Both the position numbers and the translations under genes were made by a program. From Acidobacteriota bacterium (GTDB lineage: Bacteria > Acidobacteriota > UBA6911 > RPQK01 > JAJDTT01): a DNA stretch of 64,000 nt. The DNA is taken from positions 1,952,001-2,016,000 of the forward strand of contig OZ242374.1 of NCBI GenBank assembly GCA_965209055.1, in the 5' to 3' direction. The notes beneath the pieces were generated by a model. The model saw nothing but the letters and a program-made list of their open reading frames with translations. It ran no database searches and was not told where the DNA came from. This document shows positions 39,444 through 49,200 of the stretch, in pieces; the first letter of the stretch is position 1, and the number at the start of each line of letters is the position of its first letter.

Positions 39444-39530
39444 TGCCCGGGGTGGGAGTCGAACCCACATGGAGGGAGAACCTCCACAGGATTTTAAGTC
39501 CCGCGCGTCTGCCGGTTTCGCCACCCGGGC
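39444..39530 (-). tRNA. tRNA-Leu (anticodon TAA), no encoded CCA
   Basis: Cloverleaf: acceptor GCCCGGG/CCCGGGC-A, D-stem GCG/CGC, anticodon stem CGGGA/TCCTG with loop CTTAAAA, long variable arm TGGAGG/CCTCCA, T-arm GTGGG-TTCGACT-CCCAC. Confidence 0.93.
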
Positions 39531-39717
39531 ATCCATCCACCCCTCCACCGGGGACCGGCGGACCGATCATATCCAGGAAGCGCGCCCGGAAGCCATGGCC
39601 GACGAATCCGTCGCCAGCCACCAGGGAAGATCCCGGCAAGGGTTTTCTCCGGTAGTGTATTCTCAACCTACGAGATCCCGGTTCCGGACCCGCACTCCCG
39701 GAAGAGGTGCGATCCTC

Positions 39718-41667
39718 ATGCTCTGGCGCCGCCGAGTCCCACGCCCCGAACCCCGGCCGGTCCTGGAGACCTTCGTCCGGTGGGTCCTCGGCCAGCTCCG
39801 CAACCGCCGGTCCCCCTGGCAGCAACACCAGCCCTCCAAGGACTGGATCTGGCCCGAGCGCTTCCCTTCCCGCCAGCCCTACGACGGGGTCCAGGGACTG
39901 CACCTTCTCTGCCGGGCCGCCGAGCGGGGATACTTGGACCCCCGCTGGGGCACCCGGGCCCGGATCGAAGCCGCCGGGGGCCGGATTTTCAAGGACCAGA
40001 CGGGCGTCCTCCCCCTCCCGGCCGGGGACCTCGATTCCCCGCCGGCACATGACGGCTCCGAAGAGAGCTCGGCCGCTCTTTTCAACGTCGGGCAGGCCGG
40101 GGACCTGCTCCTCCCGCCGCGCGACGGCTGGCCCCCGCCTTCCTGGGAGGTCCACGAACGGGTCGAGCGCCTGCTCGAAGCCAGCGGCGTCGGCCGCCGC
40201 CACGAACCCGGCGACCGGGCCTACTACGACCTGGGAGAGGACCGGATCGTCCTGCCGCCACCCTCCCAATTCGTCGGCGCCCAGCGCTATTACCAGACCC
40301 TTCTTCACGAACTCGGCCACGGGACCGGCCACCCGGACCGGTTGAACCGACCGGGCCTCGCCGCCGCCCTTCGGGACGGGACCGCCTCGACCGCGGCCGC
40401 CCGCGAGGAGCTCCGGGCCGAGATCGCGGCCCTGATGACCGGCGTCCGGATCGGACTTGGCCACCGGCCCCGCAATGGGGAGTTCTACACCAAGCAATGG
40501 ATCCAGCTCCTGGAGTCCGATCCCCGGGAACTGGTCCGCGCCGCTGCCGACGCTTGGCGCATGAGCGAGACCCTGCTCGCCGGCGCCCGCGAGGTGAAGG
40601 AGCGGACCGCCGAGCCGTCCTCCGGCCGGCCCGGCGTCCGGGAGGCGCCGCGAATCCGGATCCGCCGGGTTGCCCCGGCGCTCGTCTCCCCTCCGCTCCC
40701 CGCTCTGGGACCGGCCCGTCCGGCGCCCGGCGCCGGCGTGCTGGAGCGCTTCGGCTGGCACGGACCCGAGGCCGAGTGGATCGCCCTGGTCTGCCGCCAC
40801 GGCGGCTGGTTCACCCGCGCCCAGTTCTGCGCCCATTTGCGCTGCCGGAGAAACCGCGCCCTGCGCTTCGTCCGCCGCCTCGTCGCACGCCGCCACGGCG
40901 TCGAGGAGGACCTCGACGGCCTGCCCACCACCACCCGGACTTGCCGCATCGCCGCCAAGGCCCTGTACCGGGCGCTGGGCCTGGACCGCGTCCCCCACCC
41001 CGGATCTTCCGGCTGGGTCCGGTTCCGCCGTCTGCTCTCGCTCGATTTCGTCCTGGATCACCCCCAGCGGCGGTGGCTTCCCACCGGGCGGGAGAAGGCC
41101 AGGGCGCTGGAGGCGCTGGGCCTTTCCCGCCTGCTGTTCCCCTGCCGGCACTATGCCGGCCATGCCCAGGGACGGAGCCGGTATTTCCCCCGCAAGCTCC
41201 CCCTGGCCCTGGAGGAGGACCGGGCGACCTTCGTATACGTCGATCCCGGCCGGGACACCGACTCGGAACTGCTCTCGTGGGGGGCGGAGCACGCCCGGCT
41301 CTGGACCGCGCTGCGCGCACAAGACCATCCGGTGCACGTGGTCGCGGTGGCCCGCGACGACCTCCGGCGGGAGCGGGCCGGGAAGGTGCTGCGGCGCTGG
41401 TCCGGTCCGGGTCCCGAGGCCGAGTTCGAGCCCCTGTCCCCGGAGGAGGAGCAGGTCATCCGCATCATCGGGCAGGCCGTACGGACCAACGACCGGGAGC
41501 GCCTCGCCCGCTACGGTGGCTTTTTGAACGCCCTGGACCACCGCCAAGCGTTGCTGGAGCGGGCCACCGCCCCCATCCCCCAAGGCCGCATCCGCATCGA
41601 CCGGGGCCGGACCTGGCTCTCGGTCCGGCTTCCAGCGGAAACCGGGGGAGGGTTGTGGAGCGCCTGA
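39718..41667 (+). CDS. Fusion of ArdC-like ssDNA-binding + zincin (HExxH) domains with a C-terminal wHTH/replication-relaxation-like domain
   Basis: PW, Y.G...L.L, Y.DPRW.T, GGRI.K, FNV.Q, AYY...DRI.LP...F, TLLHELGHGTGH..RLNR, EELRAEI; C-terminal half FGW...EAEWIALVC.HGG.F.R.QF...FVYVDPG; ATG 39718 follows GAGG. Confidence 0.72.
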   Translation: MLWRRRVPRPEPRPVLETFVRWVLGQLRNRRSPWQQHQPSKDWIWPERFPSRQPYDGVQGLHLLCRAAERGYLDPRWGTRARIEAAGGRIFKDQTGVLPLPAGDLDSPPAHDGSEESSAALFNVGQAGDLLLPPRDGWPPPSWEVHERVERLLEASGVGRRHEPGDRAYYDLGEDRIVLPPPSQFVGAQRYYQTLLHELGHGTGHPDRLNRPGLAAALRDGTASTAAAREELRAEIAALMTGVRIGLGHRPRNGEFYTKQWIQLLESDPRELVRAAADAWRMSETLLAGAREVKERTAEPSSGRPGVREAPRIRIRRVAPALVSPPLPALGPARPAPGAGVLERFGWHGPEAEWIALVCRHGGWFTRAQFCAHLRCRRNRALRFVRRLVARRHGVEEDLDGLPTTTRTCRIAAKALYRALGLDRVPHPGSSGWVRFRRLLSLDFVLDHPQRRWLPTGREKARALEALGLSRLLFPCRHYAGHAQGRSRYFPRKLPLALEEDRATFVYVDPGRDTDSELLSWGAEHARLWTALRAQDHPVHVVAVARDDLRRERAGKVLRRWSGPGPEAEFEPLSPEEEQVIRIIGQAVRTNDRERLARYGGFLNALDHRQALLERATAPIPQGRIRIDRGRTWLSVRLPAETGGGLWSA

Positions 41668-41689
41668 GGGGCCGCGCGCCCGGTCCCGG

Positions 41690-42070
41690 GTGGACCCTGT
41701 GGACGTCGTGGACCCACGGGCTGCGAAGAGCACGGAAAGTCCCATTGACGGCAATGTGGCGGACCGCTCCCGGGCCGTGTTCCACCTCCGGGGGGCGTGG
41801 CCGGCGAAGTCCCAGGATGTGAAGCACACATGGGGGGGTGTGTTCCACTCTCGGAGCGGCGAGTGTTACAAGCTCCCTTTCCGCCAACTTGTTGAGCCCC
41901 TTCGGGTTGTCCCCGCCCTTCGGGAGGAGGCGCACCCGGACTGGGAGTCCGGGTAGGAGAAGTGAGCGACCCCCCTGTTTTCGTGCCTCGCACGTCACGC
42001 AAGCGCTGCCGGTGTTCCACTCCGTTGGACACCGGCGCGGCATGCGCGGGGGGGGGTCGCTCACTTCTAC
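41690..42070. other. Structured non-coding region, candidate oriT/replication origin
   Basis: GTGGAC x3 (41690-41713), GTGTTCCAC x3 (41777, 41840, 42012), perfect 18-bp inverted repeat 41958-41975/42051-42068 enclosing the hairpin 42008-42036. Confidence 0.55.
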
Positions 42071-42175
42071 ATTGATCCCTGCGGGAAGGCGCAGTCTCCG
42101 ATAACACGTGGATGTTGTCGACTCCTCCTAACGCAGAAAGGGAAATTTCTTTTTCGGTAAAATGTCAGTTGCCAT

Positions 42176-42500
42176 ATGTTGATAATCAAGGTCCGAGAAT
42201 ATGTGGACCCCGAGGGTCGTAGTTCTTACGCGAGATGGTTCGACGGTCTTGACCGCGATCGGCGGCCACGGCGGCGGCGACTCTGGTTCAGGTGGCGTGA
42301 GGCAACCTCTCCAACGCCAAGAGCATCGGAGATGGAGTCGTCGAATGCTGGGGGATTTCGATCCCGACTACCGGATCAATTCGGAAGAGTTGAGCACGAA
42401 CTGGTCGTCCTGCGCGACGGCGGGATGAGAAGCGCCAGCAAAAGGATATCGAAGTTGCTGAAAATCTTTGGCCGGAGTACAAACGGGGAAACAAATGGAG
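42176..42500 (+). pseudogene. RelE/HigB-like addiction-module toxin, frameshifted
   Basis: Fragments in different frames: EYVDPEGRS.YARWFDGLD, GNLSNAKSIGDGV.E, DF.PDYRI, KRQQKDIEVA..LW..YK. Confidence 0.75.
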
Positions 42501-42510
42501 CCCTAGAACA

Positions 42511-42828
42511 GTGCCTTGGACACGAGAATTCTGGGAGACGTTCCAGGCGCGGGTCGAACGTGAGCAGGCCTACCGCGAAGCATTACTCATGGAAGGGGTC
42601 GAATTTCTGATTGCCGAGGACATCGACACGGGCAAGGCTGTGTTGCGCGACTACATTAGCGCGATCATCGGTTTTCAGGAGCTTGGCGGACTGACCGACA
42701 AATCGCTGAAGAATCTGATGCGCTTGTTCGGCCCAAGGGTCCACCCCCAAGCCCGCAACCTGTTCGAGATCATTGGCTGGCTTCAGGAGCGGGAGGGACT
42801 ACACCTAAAGGTGCAGGCGGTCTGGTAA
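42511..42828 (+). CDS. Addiction-module antidote / HTH regulator
   Basis: TR.F.ET..AR...YR.ALL.E, GKA.LRDYI.A.IGF..L, K.LMR.FGP...P.A.NLF; follows the dead toxin. Confidence 0.75.
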   Translation: MPWTREFWETFQARVEREQAYREALLMEGVEFLIAEDIDTGKAVLRDYISAIIGFQELGGLTDKSLKNLMRLFGPRVHPQARNLFEIIGWLQEREGLHLKVQAVW

Positions 42829-42941
42829 CCGGCACCTAGCCCCAGAGCCTTAAATGCATGATCCTGGAGACGATGATCGCACGAGGATAAGAGCGTCCTA
42901 CGATCACCACCGGCGGACGACGAAGAAGTCGAATCGGAGCG

Positions 42942-45900
42942 ATGAACGCTATTGTTGACAACAGGCAACGTCGTGTCGGCGAGTTTCTCCGGAAACGAAT
43001 CGAGGCGGGGTCGAACCTTTCCATCGTTTCCGCGTATTTCACCATCTACGCCTATGAAGCTCTGCGGGATGTCCTGGAGGCCACCGCCGATACTCGGTTT
43101 CTGTATGGCGAGCCCCGGGGAGTCGGGGCCATGGACCCTGCGGCCGGTCAAGCCAAGGCCTTTCGGCTGACGCAGGACGGCGGTATCGACCTGAAACAGG
43201 TTCTGGCCCAAAAGCCCCTCGCCCGGGCCTGCGCCGCTTGGATCGAAAATCAGGTCAATATCCGAACCGTCAAACAGTCCAATTTCCTGCATGGCAAGCT
43301 CTATCACATCTCGGGAGCGAATGGCGATGACGCCGCCATTGTCGGCAGCTCCAATCTTACTCGGCGTGGACTAGGGTTCGGCACTACTCCTAACATTGAG
43401 CTCAATCTGGAGGTTCGCAACCAAGAAGACCGAAGGCCGCTCATCGATTGGTTCAACCAGTTGTGGAGCGACGAGACTCTCACCCGCGACGCCAAGCCGG
43501 AAGTGCTGGCAGCTCTGGAACGCCTTGGTAGGGTCTACGCACCAGAATTCGTCTACTACAAGACCCTGTTCCATATCTTCGAAGAGGGGCTTGCGGAGCG
43601 CGGAGCGCGTGACGGCCTGCTGCATGATATCCATCTCTATGACACCGAAATCTGGAGAGCTCTATACGAGTTTCAGAAGCACGGAGCCACCAGCGCGGTC
43701 AATCGTTTGTTGCGCCACAACGGCTGCATCGTGGCCGACAGTGTGGGGCTGGGCAAGACTTGGACAGCGCTGGCCGTCATCAAGTTTTTCGAGTTACGCA
43801 ACGAGCGGGTTCTCGTGCTCTGCCCCAAGAAGTTGGAGGACAACTGGGTTCGCTATACGTCCTGGGCGTCCTGGCGCAACAATCCCTTCCAGAAAGATCG
43901 TCTGAACTATACGGTGCTGGCCCACACTGACCTGAGCCGTTACCAAGGTAGGGCGGGAGTGATCGACCTCGCCCAGTTCAACTGGGGCGCATTCGATCTC
44001 GTCGTCATCGACGAATCGCACAACTTCCGCAATGAGGGGGGCGACCGGACGGACGAGTCGGGCAACATCATCCGGCGCAGTCGCTATAACCGATTGTTGG
44101 AGGAAGTCATCAAGGACAGTATCCGGACGAAGGTGCTGATGCTGTCGGCAACACCCGTCAACACCAGTCTGCGCGACCTACGCAATCAGATCTACCTGAT
44201 GACCGAAAAGCAGCAGGATGCCTTCCGGGATTCGCTCGGCATCGGCGACATCCAGACCTTGTTCGGTGTTGCCCAGCGCCAGTTCACGCAGTGGGAGCAG
44301 GAGCGGCGCGCCGGAGGGAAAGCAGATAAGCACAACTTGCTCGAAAAGCTGGGCGCGGATTTTCTGGCGCTGCTGGACGCAGTCACCATTGCCCGATCTC
44401 GCACTCACATCCGCCGCTTCTATCCGGAGGTAAACGAGAGGATCGGCGGTTTTCCGGAACGAGGCAAACCGGAGAACCTGTATCCGCCGACCGACCGGAA
44501 GGGAGTGCTCTCCTATGACGACCTGCACGCTCGGATCGGAAACTTCCGGCTGGCGGTCTACATGCCTTCCCGGTATGTAAAGGACACGTCGGCATTGGAC
44601 GAGGAGAAGGCAAGGCTACGTTTCGATCAGCGCGACCGGGAGCACTGGCTGATCGGAATGATGCGCACCAACCTGCTCAAGCGCCTGGAAAGTTCAGTGC
44701 ATGCCTTCCGGCTGACAATGGCGCGTATGCTGGAAAAGATGGATGAACTGGACCGGCGCATGGAAACGTGGCGAGAAAAAGGGGGAGGTGAAACCATCGA
44801 AGTTCAGCCTGACCAGGATGAAGAAGACGAAGAGTTCACCGTCGGAAAAGGGCATCCATATCGATTCGACGAACTCGATATCGATCAATGGCAGAGCGAC
44901 CTGCGGGAAGACCGGAAAAACTTCCGAGAACTGTATCACCGAACGGAAGCGGTCACGATCGATCGGGACGTCAAGCTAGCCCAACTCCGGACGGTTCTGG
45001 CAGAAAAGATCCAAAATCCGACCACCGACAAGGATGGTCGCCGTAATCGTAAGGCGCTAGTCTTCACCACTTTTGCCGACACCGCCCGCTACCTGTATGA
45101 CGATATCGCCAACTCGCACATCGCGAGGGATCTCGGTGCTCAGGTCGCGCTGGTTACCGGCGGCAATGGAAACAAAAGCACGTTGGAAAGCACGGATTAC
45201 AATGCCATCCTGGAGCAATTCGCCCCCAAAGCACAGCAGAGGAAAGGCACGGGCCAAGAATTAGACATCCTGATCGCGACCGACTGCCTGTCGGAAGGCC
45301 AAAACCTCCAGGACTGCGACTTGGTGGTGAACTACGATATTCACTGGAATCCGGTGCGGCTGATGCAGCGCTTCGGGCGCATCGACCGGCTCGGAAGTCG
45401 GAACTGGCAGGTCGATATGACCAATTTCTGGCCGACAAAAGATCTGGACCGTTATCTGGATCTGAAGAACCGCGTCGAGGCCCGCATGGCCTTGGCGGAC
45501 GCGGCGGCCACGGGTTTCGACGATCTGCTGGACATTGAGTCCCAGTCCGTCGAGGACGGTGAGGGATTGGTCCAAGGGGAATTGGCCTTCCGCGACCAGC
45601 AGTTGAAACGCTTGCGCGACGAGATTCTGGATATCGAGGAGGCGGACGACGGCGTGAGCATGAACGATCTCACGCTCGACGATTTCATCGCCGATCTGCT
45701 GCGCTATATCCAACGGAACCGCGCCGAGCTGGAAGCCGCGCCTTTTGGTATCTATGCCATCGCCCGACTCGACGCCACAACTGCGGTCGAATCAACCCGG
45801 AACACTCGCCCGGCGGGCCGCCCACCCGATCCGATCCGCCCCGGCGCCATTTTCTGCCTGAAGCAGCGCACCGTCTCGGGCGAACGCGCGTCCAACCTCC

Positions 45901-46280
45901 TGCAGCCCTACTACCTCCTTTATGTCCGTGACGACGGGTCCGTGCGTTACACGTTCCGGCAGGCCAGACAGATCCTCACTCTGTTCCAGGCGCTAGCCTC
46001 CGGGCATCCAGAGGCCCGGATGGAGTTGGAAAACGCATTCGATCAGGCCACGGATCATGGCAAACGGATGGAGAAATACGATCGCCTCGTTGACTCTTCC
46101 CTGCGGAACATCGCCGCGACGTTTCGAGCGGCGGAGTTGCGGCAGCTCACCCAATCGCGAGAGGCCAAGCTCACGATCAAACGCAAACGGCCGGTCGCAG
46201 AAGAATTCGAATTGATCACGTGGCTCGTCATCATGGATGGAGAACGAGCAGCCGAAAATGGACCCGATAGCGACTCGTGA
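42942..46280 (+). CDS. PLD-nuclease/SNF2 helicase fusion
   Basis: HGKLY...GSSNLT (HKD-like), ADSVGLGKT, DESHNFR, LSATP, TDCLSEGQNLQD, WNPVRLMQRFGRIDR. Confidence 0.9.
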   Translation: MNAIVDNRQRRVGEFLRKRIEAGSNLSIVSAYFTIYAYEALRDVLEATADTRFLYGEPRGVGAMDPAAGQAKAFRLTQDGGIDLKQVLAQKPLARACAAWIENQVNIRTVKQSNFLHGKLYHISGANGDDAAIVGSSNLTRRGLGFGTTPNIELNLEVRNQEDRRPLIDWFNQLWSDETLTRDAKPEVLAALERLGRVYAPEFVYYKTLFHIFEEGLAERGARDGLLHDIHLYDTEIWRALYEFQKHGATSAVNRLLRHNGCIVADSVGLGKTWTALAVIKFFELRNERVLVLCPKKLEDNWVRYTSWASWRNNPFQKDRLNYTVLAHTDLSRYQGRAGVIDLAQFNWGAFDLVVIDESHNFRNEGGDRTDESGNIIRRSRYNRLLEEVIKDSIRTKVLMLSATPVNTSLRDLRNQIYLMTEKQQDAFRDSLGIGDIQTLFGVAQRQFTQWEQERRAGGKADKHNLLEKLGADFLALLDAVTIARSRTHIRRFYPEVNERIGGFPERGKPENLYPPTDRKGVLSYDDLHARIGNFRLAVYMPSRYVKDTSALDEEKARLRFDQRDREHWLIGMMRTNLLKRLESSVHAFRLTMARMLEKMDELDRRMETWREKGGGETIEVQPDQDEEDEEFTVGKGHPYRFDELDIDQWQSDLREDRKNFRELYHRTEAVTIDRDVKLAQLRTVLAEKIQNPTTDKDGRRNRKALVFTTFADTARYLYDDIANSHIARDLGAQVALVTGGNGNKSTLESTDYNAILEQFAPKAQQRKGTGQELDILIATDCLSEGQNLQDCDLVVNYDIHWNPVRLMQRFGRIDRLGSRNWQVDMTNFWPTKDLDRYLDLKNRVEARMALADAAATGFDDLLDIESQSVEDGEGLVQGELAFRDQQLKRLRDEILDIEEADDGVSMNDLTLDDFIADLLRYIQRNRAELEAAPFGIYAIARLDATTAVESTRNTRPAGRPPDPIRPGAIFCLKQRTVSGERASNLLQPYYLLYVRDDGSVRYTFRQARQILTLFQALASGHPEARMELENAFDQATDHGKRMEKYDRLVDSSLRNIAATFRAAELRQLTQSREAKLTIKRKRPVAEEFELITWLVIMDGERAAENGPDSDS

Positions 46281-49200
46281 AGCTTTGACCGAAGCCCTGT
46301 CCGGTCTCGCCGCCGGGGGACCGTTGCGTGGTGGGGCAATGGCGCTGTTCGAGGTACTTGGATACCGCAGCCGACGGACGCAGGATGTGGGAAGCGTTGA
46401 CGAGTTCCTCGAATGGCTTGAGGCTGAGAAGCCGCTGACCGAACGACAGCGCCGATGGTTCGGTTTCTGGCGCTCAGTCGAGATCATATTTCAGGTCACA
46501 GATGAAGAAATCGACGGTCAAGCGAGTTTGTTCCAGAGCTTCGAGCAAGGACGGAACAAATCGTTCCTGTTCCTGGCTGTGGAGTTGGCCCACGGTTCCT
46601 ACAGCCGCACCTTCTTGGCCGACACGACCCGTGCCGTCAACGGGAGATTGGCGATGCCGGTCATTGTCTTGTTCCGGCACGCTTCGACCCTGACCTTGGC
46701 CGTAATCCATCGCCGCGCCCACAAACGGGACTCGACGCGCGACGTGCTGGAGAAGGTGACGCTGGTCAAGGACATTCGAGTTGATGGAACACACCGGGCA
46801 CATATCGACATTCTCACCGAACTGGCTTTGCCCCGGCTGATCCATGTAGGCGTCCGCAACTTCGACAGGCTTCACGCCGAATGGGAGAAAACGCTCGATA
46901 TCGAGGAACTCAACCGGCGCTTTTACCGCAAACTGTTCGTATGGTTCGATCGCGCGGTGAAACAATGCAGGTTCCCGGACGACGGTGCCGGTCCCGGGAA
47001 TCCGGAACGGCACGTCATCCGGTTGATCACGCGGTGTCTGTTCATCTGGTTCCTGAAGGAAAAAGGTTTAGTGCCCGACGAGTTGTTCGAGGAAAGCTTT
47101 GCCGACTCCAAGCTTAGAAACCATGCTCCTGACCGGACGGATTACTACCGCGCCGTGCTCCAGAACCTGTTCTTCGCCACGCTGAACACCGAGATTGACA
47201 AACGCGTCTTCAGTAGGAAGGCCCACTGCGCCCGGCGCGATTTCAACAAATATCAGTACCACGCCTTGCTGACCGACCCGGAGGGCTTCGTCGCCAAGTT
47301 GAAAACCGTCCCCTTCGTCAATGGCGGTCTGTTCGACTGCCTGGATGATATCGAGAAAAAAAAGGCCGTGGGGCAGCGCGGTGATACCTTTGCCGACTAC
47401 ACGGTCCAGGGCCGGAACCTGCACGTACCGGCGCACCTGTTTTTTCATCCGGATGAAGGACTGTTTCCCCTGTTCCGCCATTACAAGTTCACGGTCGAGG
47501 AAAACACCCCCGTCGATCGGGAAGTCGCCCTCGACCCCGAACTGTTGGGACGAGTCTTCGAGAACCTGCTGGCCGCCTACAATCCGGAGACGCGGGAGAC
47601 GGCGCGCAAGGCCACCGGCTCCTACTACACGCCCCGCCATATCGTGGACTACATGGTCGACGAGGCACTAGTGGCGGCGCTGGCGGAGAACAGCCGACCG
47701 ACGGATGCCGACAGCGAATTCTGGCGAGATCGACTGAATTACCTTCTGGATTATGAGGATGCTTTCGATGATGCTGGAGAATTGTTCGATCCGTACGAAA
47801 CGGAATCCGTGGTCCGGGCCATCGCCGGGCTGCGGGTGCTGGACCCGGCGGCCGGCTCCGGCGCCTTCCCGATGGGAGTGCTCCACAAGCTGACCCTGGC
47901 GCTACGGAGACTCGATCCCGACAATTTGCACTGGGAACGGTTGCAGAAGGAACTGGCCACCGGAAAAGCGGGGGCAGCGTTCGAGGGTAACGAGCACCAG
48001 GAGCGGGATAAGGAGCTGTTGGAGATCAGCCGGATTTTCGAGATCTACCGGGATTCGGACTTCGGGCGCAAGCTCTACCTGATGCAGAATTGCATATACG
48101 GCGTGGACATCCAGCCAGTCGCCTGCCAGATCGCCAAGCTGCGTTTCTTCATCTCCCTTGTGATCGAACAGGATACCAACGAAAACCCGAACGACAATTA
48201 CGGCATCCGACCGCTTCCCAACCTGGAAACCCGGTTAGTGGCGGCGGACACCCTGGTCGGATTGGGCGCCAAGAAACAATCCGTCTTGGGAAGCGATGTC
48301 GTCAAGACGATGGAGGACCAACTCCGCCACGTACGAGAACGCTATTTCAACGCCAGCACAAGACAAACCAAGCTCCGGCTGCGAAATCAGGACAACGCGC
48401 TCCGGGCGGAACTGGCGGGTCTGCTGGAGGAGTTGGATTATGGACATGAGAACGCCGAGGCCGTTGCCAACTGGGACCCCTACGATCAGAACTCGCATGC
48501 CGCCTGGTTCGATCCCGAATGGATGTTCGGCCTATCCGAGGGTTTCGATGTCATGATCGGCAATCCTCCCTACATCCGGGGCGAGAAGATCCCGGACAAG
48601 GCCAGATTGCACCCGGAGTTCGGCGACTTCTACCGGGGGACGGCCGATCTCTACACCTATTTTTTCCGGAAGGGGCTGGATCTCCTGGGAGAAGCCGGAT
48701 TGCTCTGCTTCATCACCTCTAACAAGTTCATGCGTGCGGCCTACGGGACGCCGTTGCGTCGCACATTACTACATGAGGCGCCGCCTCGCCTGATCGTGGA
48801 CTTCGGCGAGCTGCCGGTATTTGAGGCCGGAGTCGACCCGGCAGTCTTCCTGGTAGAGAAAGCCGGTGCGCATAGGAAGCTGAAAGCTGCGGCCATTAAG
48901 ACGAAGGAAGAAATAGGCGACCTGAGAAAAGCGCTCGACCAGCGGGCTTTTTCCATGCCCGTTTCCAGCCTTTCTCCTACCGTCTGGACGTTGGTCCCTC
49001 CCCGCGTCCAGCGCCTGCTGGACAAGATCAAGGCCGGCGGGACACCACTCAGCGATTATCTGAAAGCGGGAATCAATTGGGGTATCAAGACGGGCCTGAA
49101 CAAGGCCTTCGTCATCGACGCGGGTACGCGCGGAGAGTTGATCGCCGAGGATCCAAATAGCGCCGAACTGATCAAGCCCTGGCTGCGCGGCAAGGATGTC

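Noticed and set aside
39469-39717. Longer start for the ArdC fusion
   Set aside because: It would overlap the tRNA-Leu and its promoter; ATG 39718 has an RBS and precedes the first ArdC motif
41958-42068. Retron msr-msd (a1/a2 inverted repeats)
   Set aside because: No reverse transcriptase (YxDD) gene anywhere in the window
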